Below are positions 18,772-29,265 of a DNA stretch of 64,000 nucleotides, piece by piece. The position numbers and the translations under genes are program-made. Numbering within the stretch: the first letter of the stretch is position 1; each line of letters opens with the position of its first letter. The DNA comes from Candidatus Bathyarchaeia archaeon (lineage in GTDB: Archaea > Thermoproteota > Bathyarchaeia > Bathyarchaeales > Bathycorpusculaceae). The notes under the pieces were generated by a model, which was not told where the DNA came from, made no database searches, and saw only the letters and a program-made list of their open reading frames with translations. The stretch is from contig JBEKBM010000012.1 in NCBI GenBank assembly GCA_050015395.1, positions 1-64,000 of the forward strand, in the 5' to 3' direction.

Positions 18772-19806
18772 TTAATTAGAAATGTTTCGCTGTGAGTTTT
18801 TGGGTTCTTCCAAGGCATCTGGATGCCTCCTAACTACAATGTGTGTGGGAGACAATATCTCCATGTTTGCTTTCTTAAATTCAGTGAGAATGTTATCGAT
18901 CAGGTCGCTCTTTATGTTTATGAGCCTGTTCGGTTTGTCTGTGTAAGCGTTTATTTCATAGGTTATGGTGTAGTTGCCGAGGTCTCTGAACAGGACATAT
19001 GGTTTTTTGTCTGGGTCATCCAATATTAACCCGTTTGTCATCTCTGCGCATTTAATTAATTGTTTCTTTGCCTCTTCTTTGTCGATGTCGTATCCGAGAG
19101 TGACAGGTATATAAATCTGCACGGTTTTGAGACCGCTAAAATTCTTTATCTCTTTGTTTATGATTGCTAAGTTGGGTATGCTGATAACCTCATCCTTAAT
19201 CGTTTTGACCCGCGTGAAGAAGAAGCCGAGTTCAACGATGTCCCCATAGTCTTCACCTATTTGTACCCTGTCGCCTGTTTTAAATTCGGTTGTTCCGTCC
19301 AAGACGACGTAGGCTAAGATGTTTCCAAGTACGCTGGAAGTAAACAAGCCTAAAACAAAGGTTAAGGCTACGATCAGCCCTGTTCCAAGAACTCCAGCGA
19401 TGTATGTTCCGATGAACGAATAAGCCCATACGTAGATTATGGCTAAGATTGCAAAAAGATAGATGATGTAAGTTAAATATCGTGAAACTGATCGGAATGC
19501 GTTTGTTCTTGCGGCTGGTTCTCTTATCATTCTTGTTAATGCGGGAGAAGCTGCAACGACAATGGTGGGTATTACAATTTTTATCGCGATAGCCAAACCG
19601 AACCAAACGAAAAGGGAGAGAACAATCTTTTGAAGGACACTATAAATTAGTATCTGAACATTGCTGGGGCCAAAAATCGCTAGTGTACCAGTATTGTAGA
19701 CTATTTCAACTATCGCAAGGAGAACTATTAGAGCTGCAAGTCTCAATAAGAACCAGACGGCGTATTTTTTGAAAAGAACTTTCATCTGCAAATTTTGGTT
19801 CTGCAA
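18772..19806 (-). CDS. Small-conductance mechanosensitive channel (MscS family)
   Basis: N-terminal TMs, FKTGDRVQIGEDYGDIVELG, SIPN. Confidence 0.9.
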   Translation of the reverse strand: MQNQNLQMKVLFKKYAVWFLLRLAALIVLLAIVEIVYNTGTLAIFGPSNVQILIYSVLQKIVLSLFVWFGLAIAIKIVIPTIVVAASPALTRMIREPAARTNAFRSVSRYLTYIIYLFAILAIIYVWAYSFIGTYIAGVLGTGLIVALTFVLGLFTSSVLGNILAYVVLDGTTEFKTGDRVQIGEDYGDIVELGFFFTRVKTIKDEVISIPNLAIINKEIKNFSGLKTVQIYIPVTLGYDIDKEEAKKQLIKCAEMTNGLILDDPDKKPYVLFRDLGNYTITYEINAYTDKPNRLINIKSDLIDNILTEFKKANMEILSPTHIVVRRHPDALEEPKNSQRNISN

Positions 19807-20386
19807 GACTTTCCCAGTTATTAATTTCGTTCGAATGCTATATAAAACTATGTCGTCTCTGCATTTAGACGTTAAAGGCTAACAAAACTCGAGTGCTTGT
19901 GGAAGTCTTTTCGGATGCTATGTTTTTGAAGTTTAGGAGTTTTGTTAAGTAAGGAAATGATTGAGGCTGACTACGGCGAAGTTGTATTTTCTGATCTCGC
20001 AGTGATGAGAAAACAGATGTTTTTGTTCGCCTTCAAACTTCTGGGATTAATAACGATGTGGTTCCGTTGCTTGCAAGAAGGATTTCTGAGGAAATAAAAA
20101 AAGAAACTGGTTTTTCAAATAGCGTAAAAGTAATGATTGTTCCAGTTAGTATCTATAGTTCATAGAAAAAGGATTCCAATCATCCTATCCAGCGACCCTA
20201 TTTGGCCATACTCTAGGATGATAATCAACCTTGCAACCATGAAAGTGAGACTTGCTAGATTCAAAATCTAAAATTCGTCAAATCATAAACGGATTTGTAC
20301 TCAGAAAATTTAGCTCACGCTAAGCACTCACTAGTAGTGCAGGCTGTTGTGCACTAGAAAACCTTATTTCCGTTCACCAGTGTATT

Positions 20387-20812
20387 ATGAAGATTATGCG
20401 CACAGTTAAAGAGATAATGAAGCCTGTCGTCAATATAGGTCCAAAGCAGACAGTCTTGGAAGCTGCTAACCTCATGAAGAAGTCTGATAGGGGCAGTTTG
20501 CTGATTGTTGATGGCAAAATTACTGTTGGCATCATAACCGAGAGAGATCTTGTTATAAGGGTCATCGCAAAAAACCTGCCTCACACTACTCCAGTTTCGG
20601 AGGTTATGTCATCGCCTCTCATAACAATTGACGCTAATGTTACCCTGAAGAAAGCTGCCAGAATTATGGGCGAACATAGGATAAGACGGCTTCCAGTCAG
20701 CGAGAGCGGAGGAGTGGCAGGAATTCTAGTTGCATCTGACGTATTGCGACAACTGTCCAACAAAACTTTAGCCGAGGATATCTGGGAAGCCCTTGTTGTA
20801 GAGCACCAGTAG
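20387..20812 (+). CDS. CBS-domain pair protein
   Basis: VGIITERDL, EVMSSPLITI, IRRLPV. Confidence 0.9.
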   Translation: MKIMRTVKEIMKPVVNIGPKQTVLEAANLMKKSDRGSLLIVDGKITVGIITERDLVIRVIAKNLPHTTPVSEVMSSPLITIDANVTLKKAARIMGEHRIRRLPVSESGGVAGILVASDVLRQLSNKTLAEDIWEALVVEHQ

Positions 20813-21007
20813 CAAGTTTCATCGCGCACGCTTTCCTATCCATATCATTTTGATTATTGAAGTGCGCCCTCTGAGAACACGTGCGCGTTTCAGCCGACAT
20901 TGAATGCGTCCATAAGGCCGTTTGTCGCCCCTTCCAAGCGCGTGCGCTTCAAGTTTCAAGTTCATCGTAAGAGTTAAATTTGCCTTGCATTCATCCTTTT
21001 AGCAGAG

Positions 21008-21454
21008 ATGAATTTTATGCCTGAAATGAATTTTGAAGGTACCGCCACATGGAAAGGTGCAACAGAATGCGAACTATCAATTAAAGGCAAGAAACTCGTT
21101 ACTGTCAGTCCACCACCGTCGTTTGGTGGAAAAGAAGGCTATTGTGTACCTGAAGACATTTTTGCTGCTGCTTTAGCTTCATGCATCAATACGTTGTTTC
21201 TTTTGATTGCAAAAAATAGCCAGTTAGGGCTTAAAAGTTTGGAAACCATTGCGAATGTTAAAATGAACGTGGAAGGCATGGAGAAACTGATTTTCACAGA
21301 TGTGCACTTCAACATGAACGTTGGCTTGGAGAATGACAATGAGCGTGAACGCAAGAAGGCTAACATGGTGTATGGGATGGCGCAGAAGATTTGTCCGATT
21401 CGGCAGTCGTGGGGCGAAGCTGTTCCAATAAGTTTTGAACTCAATTTCAAGTAA
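21008..21454 (+). CDS. OsmC/Ohr family protein
   Basis: PPPSFGG, PEDIFAAALASC and second Cys in ICPI. Confidence 0.88.
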   Translation: MNFMPEMNFEGTATWKGATECELSIKGKKLVTVSPPPSFGGKEGYCVPEDIFAAALASCINTLFLLIAKNSQLGLKSLETIANVKMNVEGMEKLIFTDVHFNMNVGLENDNERERKKANMVYGMAQKICPIRQSWGEAVPISFELNFK

Positions 21455-21586
21455 GACCTATTGGTTTAGCCTCCACATTTTCTTTTCTTGTATTTCTGGT
21501 GCAATAACCTAAAGTGAACGAGTTTTATGTGCAATGAGTGCGTTTGGAAAATGACCCTTCAATGAAGCAAAATAAGCGCGCTGCAC

Positions 21587-22015
21587 TTATTCATCTCGTT
21601 CTAAGTAAGGTTCTTCGTTAGCTTGGAGTTTTTTCAGTTTGGTTAAGCGTGCATCCACGGTTTGGTGTATTGTGGTTCTGAGTTCTTCTCCTTGAATTGT
21701 TTTGCTAACTTTGTTAATTTCATTTGCTAGTTCGTTGTCTCCTAAGGTTTCTCTAATCCATATGGCAAAGTCTCCACGCTTAAAGTGGAACTCCACCGAC
21801 TTAGCATCTATCGTCCGTATTGCGTTACAAAAATCCGCAAGGCAGGTTGAACACCTATTAGTGTACTGTCCAATATCTGTGAAGAAGTAGAAGGCATTGT
21901 TGGCGGGCACAATTCTCAGAATATTTGAGGATAGTTTTGGATCAGTTTTGTCTTCAGCTTTTTTAGTTTTCACGCGCGGGCTGTTTGTCTTTCCGACTAT
22001 GGCGATTGCTAACAA
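21587..22015 (-). CDS. DUF5752-like protein
   Basis: AFYFFTDIG...SVEFHFKRGDFAIWIRETLGDNELA. Confidence 0.75.
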   Translation of the reverse strand: MLAIAIVGKTNSPRVKTKKAEDKTDPKLSSNILRIVPANNAFYFFTDIGQYTNRCSTCLADFCNAIRTIDAKSVEFHFKRGDFAIWIRETLGDNELANEINKVSKTIQGEELRTTIHQTVDARLTKLKKLQANEEPYLERDE

Positions 22016-22240
22016 GCAAATGTCTCCGATTAAATCATGCTTTACCGAGAATAATACTTTTTTGTATCAAGCTATTTGAAACATATTTTGCGATCTTGAT
22101 GCAATGTTTTTGAGGGAAGGTCTATACATTCAAGACTTAATGCCTTGCAGCCTAACAATTTTGAGCAAACCAGTTTTTCCTGAATCGGAATTTCAAGAAA
22201 TCTTATATAATTCAGGACTAACTATCCACAGTGTTTCAAG

Positions 22241-23437
22241 ATGGTAGACCTTGTCTCGTTAGCCTTGATCACAAGCGCTCTTATTATTGTGATAGGTTTC
22301 TTAGGCAACTACCTCTTTGCAAAGAAAGGCATACCCGACATGCTGTTCCTCATAGTCTTAGGAATGATTGTTGGCCCAGTACTGCACATATTTGACACCA
22401 GCGCAATTCAGGGATTTGCACCCTACATTTCAGCATTGGCACTTGTTTTCATCTTATTTGATGGCGGCATGGGCATAAGCATCAGACAAGTTCTTTCCCA
22501 CAGCCTCAGGGCGGCCTTGCTCGCTCTGTTGGGTTTTCTGTTCAGTGTCTTAGCAGTAGCGCTTTTCATGGTTTCAATTTTTGGAGTCCCTCTTTCTTAT
22601 GGTCTACTTTTCGGGAGCATTTATGGCGGAAGCAGCTCAATAGTGGTAATCTCCTTGGCTTCCAAAATCAAAATTAGCGAAAAAGGCAAAACAACATTAA
22701 TACTTGAATCAGCAACAACCGATATCCTGTGCATTGTAGTTTCTCTCGCCTTAATCGGAGCCATAATGACAGGACATACAGATTACATGTCAATCGGTGC
22801 CGGAATCGCAGGAAAATTCCTAATCGGAGCAGGACTTGGAATAGCGCTGGGAATTCTGGGACTCTTTGTCTTGAGGAGGGTTTCTTATTTGCCTTTTTCT
22901 TACATGCTAACATTAGCCATTGCGCTTTTCGCCTACTCAATCTCAGAAACCGTAGGAGGCAGCGGGGCATTGAGTGCACTAGTTTTTGGTCTGATCCTAG
23001 GTAACGAAACTGCAGTTTTCAAGGTTCTTCGGAGAAAGACAACGGCTAACTTGGCAGTGGATGAGGGATTGAGGCGTTTTAAATCTGAAATTGCGTTTTT
23101 TATAAGGACTTTCTTTTTTGTGTTTCTCGGGATAATTGCAACTATATCCAACGTGAATTTCATCTTTTTGGGAATTGCCCTATCACTTCTTCTTCTCATT
23201 GTCAGATATGGCGCCGTTTATCTGACGACTTTGAGAAATAAGCTTAAAAATGAAAGATCCATTTTGACTTTTGTTCTTACACGCGGCTTAGCTGCCGCAG
23301 TTCTGGCGACTTTGCCTGCGGAGTACGGCCTGTCCTATGCTCCTTTGTTCATTAACTTTGCTGTAGTAATTATCATGTCCACTGCAGTTATAGCAACAGT
23401 CGGCGTTATCGTCCTTTCGCGGAAACAAAGCGGGTAA
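22241..23437 (+). CDS. Cation:proton antiporter (CPA1, NhaP-like)
   Basis: About 13 TMs, LFDGG, LESATTD, FFFVFLG, TRGLAAAVLA. Confidence 0.9.
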   Translation: MVDLVSLALITSALIIVIGFLGNYLFAKKGIPDMLFLIVLGMIVGPVLHIFDTSAIQGFAPYISALALVFILFDGGMGISIRQVLSHSLRAALLALLGFLFSVLAVALFMVSIFGVPLSYGLLFGSIYGGSSSIVVISLASKIKISEKGKTTLILESATTDILCIVVSLALIGAIMTGHTDYMSIGAGIAGKFLIGAGLGIALGILGLFVLRRVSYLPFSYMLTLAIALFAYSISETVGGSGALSALVFGLILGNETAVFKVLRRKTTANLAVDEGLRRFKSEIAFFIRTFFFVFLGIIATISNVNFIFLGIALSLLLLIVRYGAVYLTTLRNKLKNERSILTFVLTRGLAAAVLATLPAEYGLSYAPLFINFAVVIIMSTAVIATVGVIVLSRKQSG

Positions 23438-23493
23438 AGTAGAGACCACAAAAAAGCAGTTTTTTTTGGCACCGAGTTAACAAAGAAGGAATT

Positions 23494-23772
23494 TTACTTT
23501 GGTGGTTGAATAAAGTTTTTTAGCTCACTGATTGGTTTGTTGAGGCTTACTACATCAGCCACAACCGCTATGGCGTCTATTGAAAGCAAAATATCTATAC
23601 GCCCCATGAATGGTTTCTTGTAACCCAGAATCTCGATTGCCTCATCAGATAATTCTAGCTGCAAACTGGTTACCTTCCAACTTACTGGGTCGATTTCAAC
23701 GTCAAAGACTGTTCCCACTATCCTAGCTCCAGCTCCGACAACTTCTTTACCATTCAACTCTGAAGGGCGCAT
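23494..23772 (-). CDS. PRC-barrel domain protein (paralog of 17953-18237)
   Basis: SELNGKEVVGAGA...EID...W.V..L...KKP..G...DVVSL. Confidence 0.85.
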   Translation of the reverse strand: MRPSELNGKEVVGAGARIVGTVFDVEIDPVSWKVTSLQLELSDEAIEILGYKKPFMGRIDILLSIDAIAVVADVVSLNKPISELKNFIQPPK

Positions 23773-23980
23773 GATATCGCTTATCTCTCTTTTTCCATTT
23801 AAAGATTTCCTGAATAACTAAATTCAGCGCGCCGCGCAATAAGTAGTGTGAAACCAAACTTTGAGAGTGGAAACAATTGGCTCTAATTCTGAGAAACTAA
23901 TAAATTAGCCTCTGCCGTAACTGAATGTTAAGGTGTCAAATTTGGTTGCTGAAAAAGTAATGCATTTTCACGGATGCCAG

Positions 23981-25225
23981 ATGGCAACCACTAATTCCGT
24001 GAAACAGCACAAACTGAGGAAGCTCATAGCGTGTCTATCAGACAAAGAGGGAAGGGGAATGGAGTTCATCTCGCTCTACATACCTCGAGAGACATCAATA
24101 GATGACATAGTCGCAACCCTCAAGCAGGAGTCTGATTCTGTTGCCATGAAATCTGAGAGCGTTAGGGATCGCCTTCAAGACGCCATCAAAAATGTGATCC
24201 AGCGTATAAAGCTGCAGAAGGAAATTCCAGAGAATGGACTCGCGATATTTGCTGGAACTTTCGTCGCCAACGAGGCGGAAAGCGAAGTTTTGAACGTCGA
24301 AGAGCTCATCCCACCAGAGCCAATTACCGCCTATCTTTACGAGGTTGACGACCATTTCCGGTTAGAACCGCTAAGGGAAATGCTGAGAAACCAAAGAGTT
24401 GTGGGACTTATCGCCATGGATTCAAAAGAGGCTAGCTTCGGAATACTCAATGGTGAACGCCTCGAATTAATCGAAAAAATCACGTCAGGGATTCCAGGAA
24501 AGACTGTAAAGGGCGGGCAGAGCCAAAGGAGATACGAAAGAGAACGCGACATGGAAGTCACATACTTTTTCCACAGGGTTGCGGAGCATGCAACAAAGGC
24601 ATTTCTCGAGAACCATAAAGTAACGGCGTTGATAGTTGGAGGACCGGGCCAAACGAAAGAGGATTTCTTAAAGGGAGATTACCTTAATTATGAACTAAAG
24701 AATGCGCTTCTGAGCACAGTTGATACGCAATCCGCCGACAGAGAAGCGGTGAAAGAGGTGCTTGACAAATCATCTGAGACACTGAAGAATATGTGCGCGC
24801 CAGAGGAGAAGAAGACCGTGCAGCGCCTTCTGGCATACATGGGCAAACAAGATGGTTTGGCTATTTGCGGCCTAGATTCAGTGTTGAACGCGCTTAAGAA
24901 TGGTGAAGTGGAAGTTGCACTACTGACAGATAGTACAGATATGATTGAAATTGTTGTAATGTGCAAAAGATGCGAACTATCAAGGGCGCAGATAGTAAAT
25001 AAGGAGAAGAAGGTTCAAACTGTACAGGAAATGATATCTAGCCCATGCGAGAAGTGCAACGCGGTTGAATACGAGGTGGAGGAGAAGGACATAATAGATG
25101 TCTTAGAGGATGTGGCTTCACAGACAGACGCAAGGGTTGAGGTGATATCTACAGAGTCGGAAGAAAAAGCAAAGCTCACAGCTTTGGGAGGCTTTGCCGC
25201 TCTCTTGAGATACAGACCTAGATAA
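23981..25225 (+). CDS. Divergent paralog of archaeal release factor aRF1
   Basis: GRGMEFISLYIP, PENGLAIFAG, KGGQSQRRY, VGGPGQTK, Zn-ribbon insert, LGGFAALLRY; NIKS and YxCxxxF motifs altered. Confidence 0.9.
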   Translation: MATTNSVKQHKLRKLIACLSDKEGRGMEFISLYIPRETSIDDIVATLKQESDSVAMKSESVRDRLQDAIKNVIQRIKLQKEIPENGLAIFAGTFVANEAESEVLNVEELIPPEPITAYLYEVDDHFRLEPLREMLRNQRVVGLIAMDSKEASFGILNGERLELIEKITSGIPGKTVKGGQSQRRYERERDMEVTYFFHRVAEHATKAFLENHKVTALIVGGPGQTKEDFLKGDYLNYELKNALLSTVDTQSADREAVKEVLDKSSETLKNMCAPEEKKTVQRLLAYMGKQDGLAICGLDSVLNALKNGEVEVALLTDSTDMIEIVVMCKRCELSRAQIVNKEKKVQTVQEMISSPCEKCNAVEYEVEEKDIIDVLEDVASQTDARVEVISTESEEKAKLTALGGFAALLRYRPR

Positions 25226-25544
25226 AGTGAAATGAGAATCGCGAGAACCTTTTCTGGGAGTTTTATCTTGGGAGCATTTAACTCCGAAACGGGGTCAAAG
25301 TTTTGAGATCGATCGATAGGAATACGAGTTTATCCGGGAGTCTGGAGAGCTCCTCGCAGGCCTTTGGTGTATGGGACACTTGATTTAAACAGGGGAAGCG
25401 TGTTAGAAGGCGACGATGAACTCGACGAATGACGATCCTACTATGAAAACCGCTAAAGCGTCTTTATGTTTGCTTAGACAGATTGATTAAGGGCTTTAGA
25501 GATTTAGAAAACAAGCTTCAATGAAAGTTGCAGCGAAAGGGTAG

Positions 25545-27101
25545 GTGGTTGTCCTGGTTCCTAGCATTGAACTCATTGTGGCGGCGTTCCTGCTTATGGC
25601 TTTCTTAGCTGCCGTCCTATCTACAAGGCTTAGGATACCGTACACTCTGGTTTTGGTCTTAACAGGGATTGCAATCACCGTGGTCGCATCTTCGTTTACT
25701 CTGGAAGGAGGGTCTTTCGAGAACCTGATTTCTCAGTTGAGATCACTCTGCGCTCAGCTTCTCGAAGGTGGCGGAGGCGGTCTTTTCGTGGGCGTCGTTG
25801 TTCCCCCCTTGATATTCGAAGCCATGATTCACCTTCGCGCCAGTGATTTGCGGGCTGTAATCAAGCCTTCGTTAGCCTTAGCAACCGTAGGCGTTTTGAT
25901 AGCGACTTCTGTTGGGGGGCTTATCTTGTGGAAGGGCGTCGGTCTTTCGCCGTATGTTTCTTTTCTTTTCGCCGCGTTGATTGCCCCAACGGACGCGGTT
26001 ACGGTTTTGGAGGTTTTTCGACGGGTCAAGGTTCCTTCCAAACTATCTACGCTACTAGACACAGAAGCGGCGTTCAACGACGCCACTGGCATCGTCTTAT
26101 TCACTATAATCCTTTCAACTGTCGGTCTTCAAAAGGTCGCGGTAACGCAAACAGTGCTCAGTTTCGGGTTCATCCTTGGTGCAGGTGTCTTAATTGGGTT
26201 AGCGGTCGCGTTTCTAGGCGAAGTACTTTCAAGCTTGATAGCGGACAGAGTGGCCGAAACCATCTTGGCGGTTGCGGTGGTGTACGGGTCGTACGCTTTG
26301 GCAACAGGAATAGGCGCCTCAGGGCTAATAGCGGTCGCCGTGGCAGGGTTGTACTTTGGCAACTTCACGATGCGGTCCGCCATGGAAACCGCGTCAAAAG
26401 AAGCCGTGACGACATTTTGGCAGATAGCAGCCTTCTTAGGCAACTCGATAGCGTTTCTAATCATCGGTTTCGAGACAAATATTATCACTCTTTCGCAATC
26501 AGTTCTGATCATCGTGGCCGCCTACGCCGCCGTAACCTTAGCCAGAGCCGCCACAGTGTACCCAATACTCGCCGTGTTCAACAAATTCGGAGACAAAATA
26601 TCCGTGGTCTGGCGCAACATTGCCATGCTTGGCGGGGTCCGAGGTGCCTTGTCCATAGCGCTGGTTGCCACAATAACAACTTCTGCAGTAATTTCTAAGG
26701 GAGATATAAACACCATAAACACAATGGTGCTTGGAGTAGCCTTTATCTCAATCGTGTTCCAGGTGCCTTTGCTGTTCCGCTACGTAAGGAAAAAAATACC
26801 GCAAACCGACACCGTGTCAGAAACAAAAATTGACGAACAATTCAATCTAATAGCCTCACACATGGAAGAAGTGAGAAAACTAAAATCAGAAGGCAAAATA
26901 TCCAATGAAGAATTCACAAAAAGAATAGAAGAAAACAAAAAGAAACTAGACGAGCTAATCGCAACCTCGCCCATCACAGTTGAAACAAGAAAAATTATCC
27001 TCGCAAGAGCCTCCGCGTTATACAATTCTTTCCCCAAAATGCCTAAACGCAAAACCAAAGACAAAAACAAAGAAGCAAAAACCAAAACAACCAAAGACTA
27101 G
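25545..27101 (+). CDS. Na+/H+ antiporter (CPA1 family) with C-terminal cytoplasmic extension
   Basis: PPLIFEA, APTDAV, EAAFNDA, GGVRGALSIAL. Confidence 0.9.
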   Translation: MVVLVPSIELIVAAFLLMAFLAAVLSTRLRIPYTLVLVLTGIAITVVASSFTLEGGSFENLISQLRSLCAQLLEGGGGGLFVGVVVPPLIFEAMIHLRASDLRAVIKPSLALATVGVLIATSVGGLILWKGVGLSPYVSFLFAALIAPTDAVTVLEVFRRVKVPSKLSTLLDTEAAFNDATGIVLFTIILSTVGLQKVAVTQTVLSFGFILGAGVLIGLAVAFLGEVLSSLIADRVAETILAVAVVYGSYALATGIGASGLIAVAVAGLYFGNFTMRSAMETASKEAVTTFWQIAAFLGNSIAFLIIGFETNIITLSQSVLIIVAAYAAVTLARAATVYPILAVFNKFGDKISVVWRNIAMLGGVRGALSIALVATITTSAVISKGDINTINTMVLGVAFISIVFQVPLLFRYVRKKIPQTDTVSETKIDEQFNLIASHMEEVRKLKSEGKISNEEFTKRIEENKKKLDELIATSPITVETRKIILARASALYNSFPKMPKRKTKDKNKEAKTKTTKD

Positions 27102-27175
27102 CTGCCTGTATCCTTTTGGTTCAAAAAACCAAAAACTTTTAACGCTAATGTAATCAGTGATGAAGTAGTGTTTTT

Positions 27176-27478
27176 ATGTCATTTTTTGAGTCAATAGATG
27201 CTAACGGCATCAAGCTAAGTTTTGTTGAAAAAGGAACCGGACCACCAGTAATTCTTGTTCACGGAATCCCCACAGATTACAGAGCATGGGAGAATCAAAT
27301 GGAGGTTCTATCAAAGAGTTTCAGGACATTAAGCTACAGCAGAAGATGTTCCTACCCTAACCAAAACAAAGATTACGAGAACAGCACGATCGAAAACAAC
27401 GCCGAGGGCCTCAGCTGGTTCATTATCCTGAAGGAAGCTAAACCACAACCGTTCCAATCCATCCCCAACATCTTCTAA
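27176..27478 (+). pseudogene. Truncated alpha/beta hydrolase (N-terminal part only)
   Basis: GTGPPVILVHG...W..Q oxyanion region present; ends before the GxSxG nucleophile. Confidence 0.75.
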
Positions 27479-27536
27479 ACCAAAGCGAGTAGGCAAAAAG
27501 TATAATCGACTGTTGTGAATGATTCTTACTTTTCAG

Positions 27537-28763
27537 CTACCTGCCCACAGCCGAATTAGAAAGCGATTGCGTGGGCGATTTCTTTGGTTGCTTTTTCAAT
27601 TTAGTTTTTAAAAATCGCTGCAACGCCACGATAGCGTCTGGTTTGCCAGCAGGTTTGATTTTCACAGCGCCTCTGTCGCATGTTATATAACATTCCAGAC
27701 ACTTGGTACACTTAGATAGTGAGTCTTTGTCAGTTAGGTTTATGTCTGCGGGGCAAACTTTTTCGCATTGTTTTTGGTCCGCTTGTCGGCAAGCCATGCA
27801 GTAGTCCAGTCGATAGTCTTCGCAGGTTTTGGGGCATCCTTTCATAACGCATTTTTCGTCGTTGAGCGTGGGCTTGATGAGTGGGCTGAAGGAGCCAGCG
27901 ATGTTCAGGGTTGCCCCGACTGGGCATATTTTTCTGCACCAGTATCGCCTCTCTCTCAAACTTACAAGTATAGCCACCGCGGGGATGGCCCAGAGTTCAG
28001 CGATTATGTAAAATAGTGTTCCGGTGTAGCCGACCAACACTGTCTTGAGATAAAAAACTGATTTAAGGTGGATCATTCCTCGCGTTGATATTCCGATAGG
28101 GCAGATGGCGCAGAACACGGGAAACCTGAGAAGGGCGGAGCCGACTAGTGCAGTCCCAAGAATCCCATTTGTCAAAGTGGCGTTTTTGTTTGCAAGTAGT
28201 CGGCTAAAGGGGCATGTTGGGCAGGCTACGCTGCTTATTGATTGCGAGACGCTGAGTTGGGCGGCCTGTTTTGCTTTTCTCCTTTCTTTGTTTCGAAGAC
28301 GCCTTTCATCTCGCCTCGCGTTTAGCCTTGGAATGTACTTTTCAACGCCTTTGTCGAAAGAGTCGATCATTGTGCCGAGGGGACAGACCCAGCTGCAGAA
28401 GACGTTGCCCAACACAAAAATTGGTATGAGGAACACGAGCAAGGCAACTATTGTGGGGATTAAAAGTGTGAGACCTGCTCTTCCAGTCAGTAGAATCTGC
28501 AGACCACCGAGAGGGCAAAGCAACCAAGCGCCGGGTCCTACTGAACCGTAGAAGAGTACCCAAGTGCTACATACGGATTCACCCATAGGCAGCGTGAAAA
28601 GTGGCTTGTTCAGTCCTCCAAAGAAGAGGCTGTACACGGGTTCAGCGCTGGGAGCTTTGGCGAGATAGAGGATGGGAACCACGAAAATTAGCAAGAAAGC
28701 AGCCTTGACTGACCATCTGAAATATCTGATAGCTTTTCTTCGATTGCCCTTCCTTTCAGTCAA
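27537..28763 (-). CDS. NapH/MauN-like membrane 4Fe-4S protein
   Basis: CPLGGLQ, FCSWVCPLG, FCAICPIG, WCRKICPVG, CEKVCP, CTKCLECYITC with TMs. Confidence 0.85.
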   Translation of the reverse strand: MTERKGNRRKAIRYFRWSVKAAFLLIFVVPILYLAKAPSAEPVYSLFFGGLNKPLFTLPMGESVCSTWVLFYGSVGPGAWLLCPLGGLQILLTGRAGLTLLIPTIVALLVFLIPIFVLGNVFCSWVCPLGTMIDSFDKGVEKYIPRLNARRDERRLRNKERRKAKQAAQLSVSQSISSVACPTCPFSRLLANKNATLTNGILGTALVGSALLRFPVFCAICPIGISTRGMIHLKSVFYLKTVLVGYTGTLFYIIAELWAIPAVAILVSLRERRYWCRKICPVGATLNIAGSFSPLIKPTLNDEKCVMKGCPKTCEDYRLDYCMACRQADQKQCEKVCPADINLTDKDSLSKCTKCLECYITCDRGAVKIKPAGKPDAIVALQRFLKTKLKKQPKKSPTQSLSNSAVGR

Positions 28764-29265
28764 CCCTTTTCACCACTTTCCTATCACGTCAACTATTAGA
28801 AACAAATGGTCATATTTTTTTTTGTGGGCCGTTAACGAAAAAGTGGCTGTAACCTAAAATACTTTTCTTAATGACCGTTGCAAAGTTCTTGAACAGGGCT
28901 ATTTGTGATTTTAGCCATATTCCACATTTGAAGCCAAAGTGGTTTCCACATTCCAATTGTGCCACAAAAGGCTGAGACAGTAGTATTATTCGACAATAGT
29001 TTTTGGCGAAAATGGTTTTTGAAAGGTATTCTGCTTGTATCTTTTTAGGAACTCTGCGGTATGTAAATTAATTGAGAATCAAACGTGGTTAACTTATAGT
29101 AAGCTTCTGCTTGTAAAGTGTAGGGTCCTTTTGTAAGTTTTTATCCCCCCTTTTTGCAGGAGCACTGCGTCTTCAATACCGATTAAAGACGACAAACTTG
29201 GCGCTTAATGTTTAATAGGCGCTACCGTAAACTATGCTTTTAACAGCTATTTCACGGTTGATTTG

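Noticed and set aside
23981-25225. Genome-wide stop-codon reassignment suggested by the odd aRF1
   Set aside because: TAA, TAG and TGA all end well-conserved genes at expected positions here (e.g. pyrI TAG, glgP TGA, gatE TAA)
25928-26698. 256-aa alternative-frame ORF inside the antiporter, and similar shadow ORFs in the track
   Set aside because: Overlap well-supported genes, have Arg/Ser-skewed composition and no motifs
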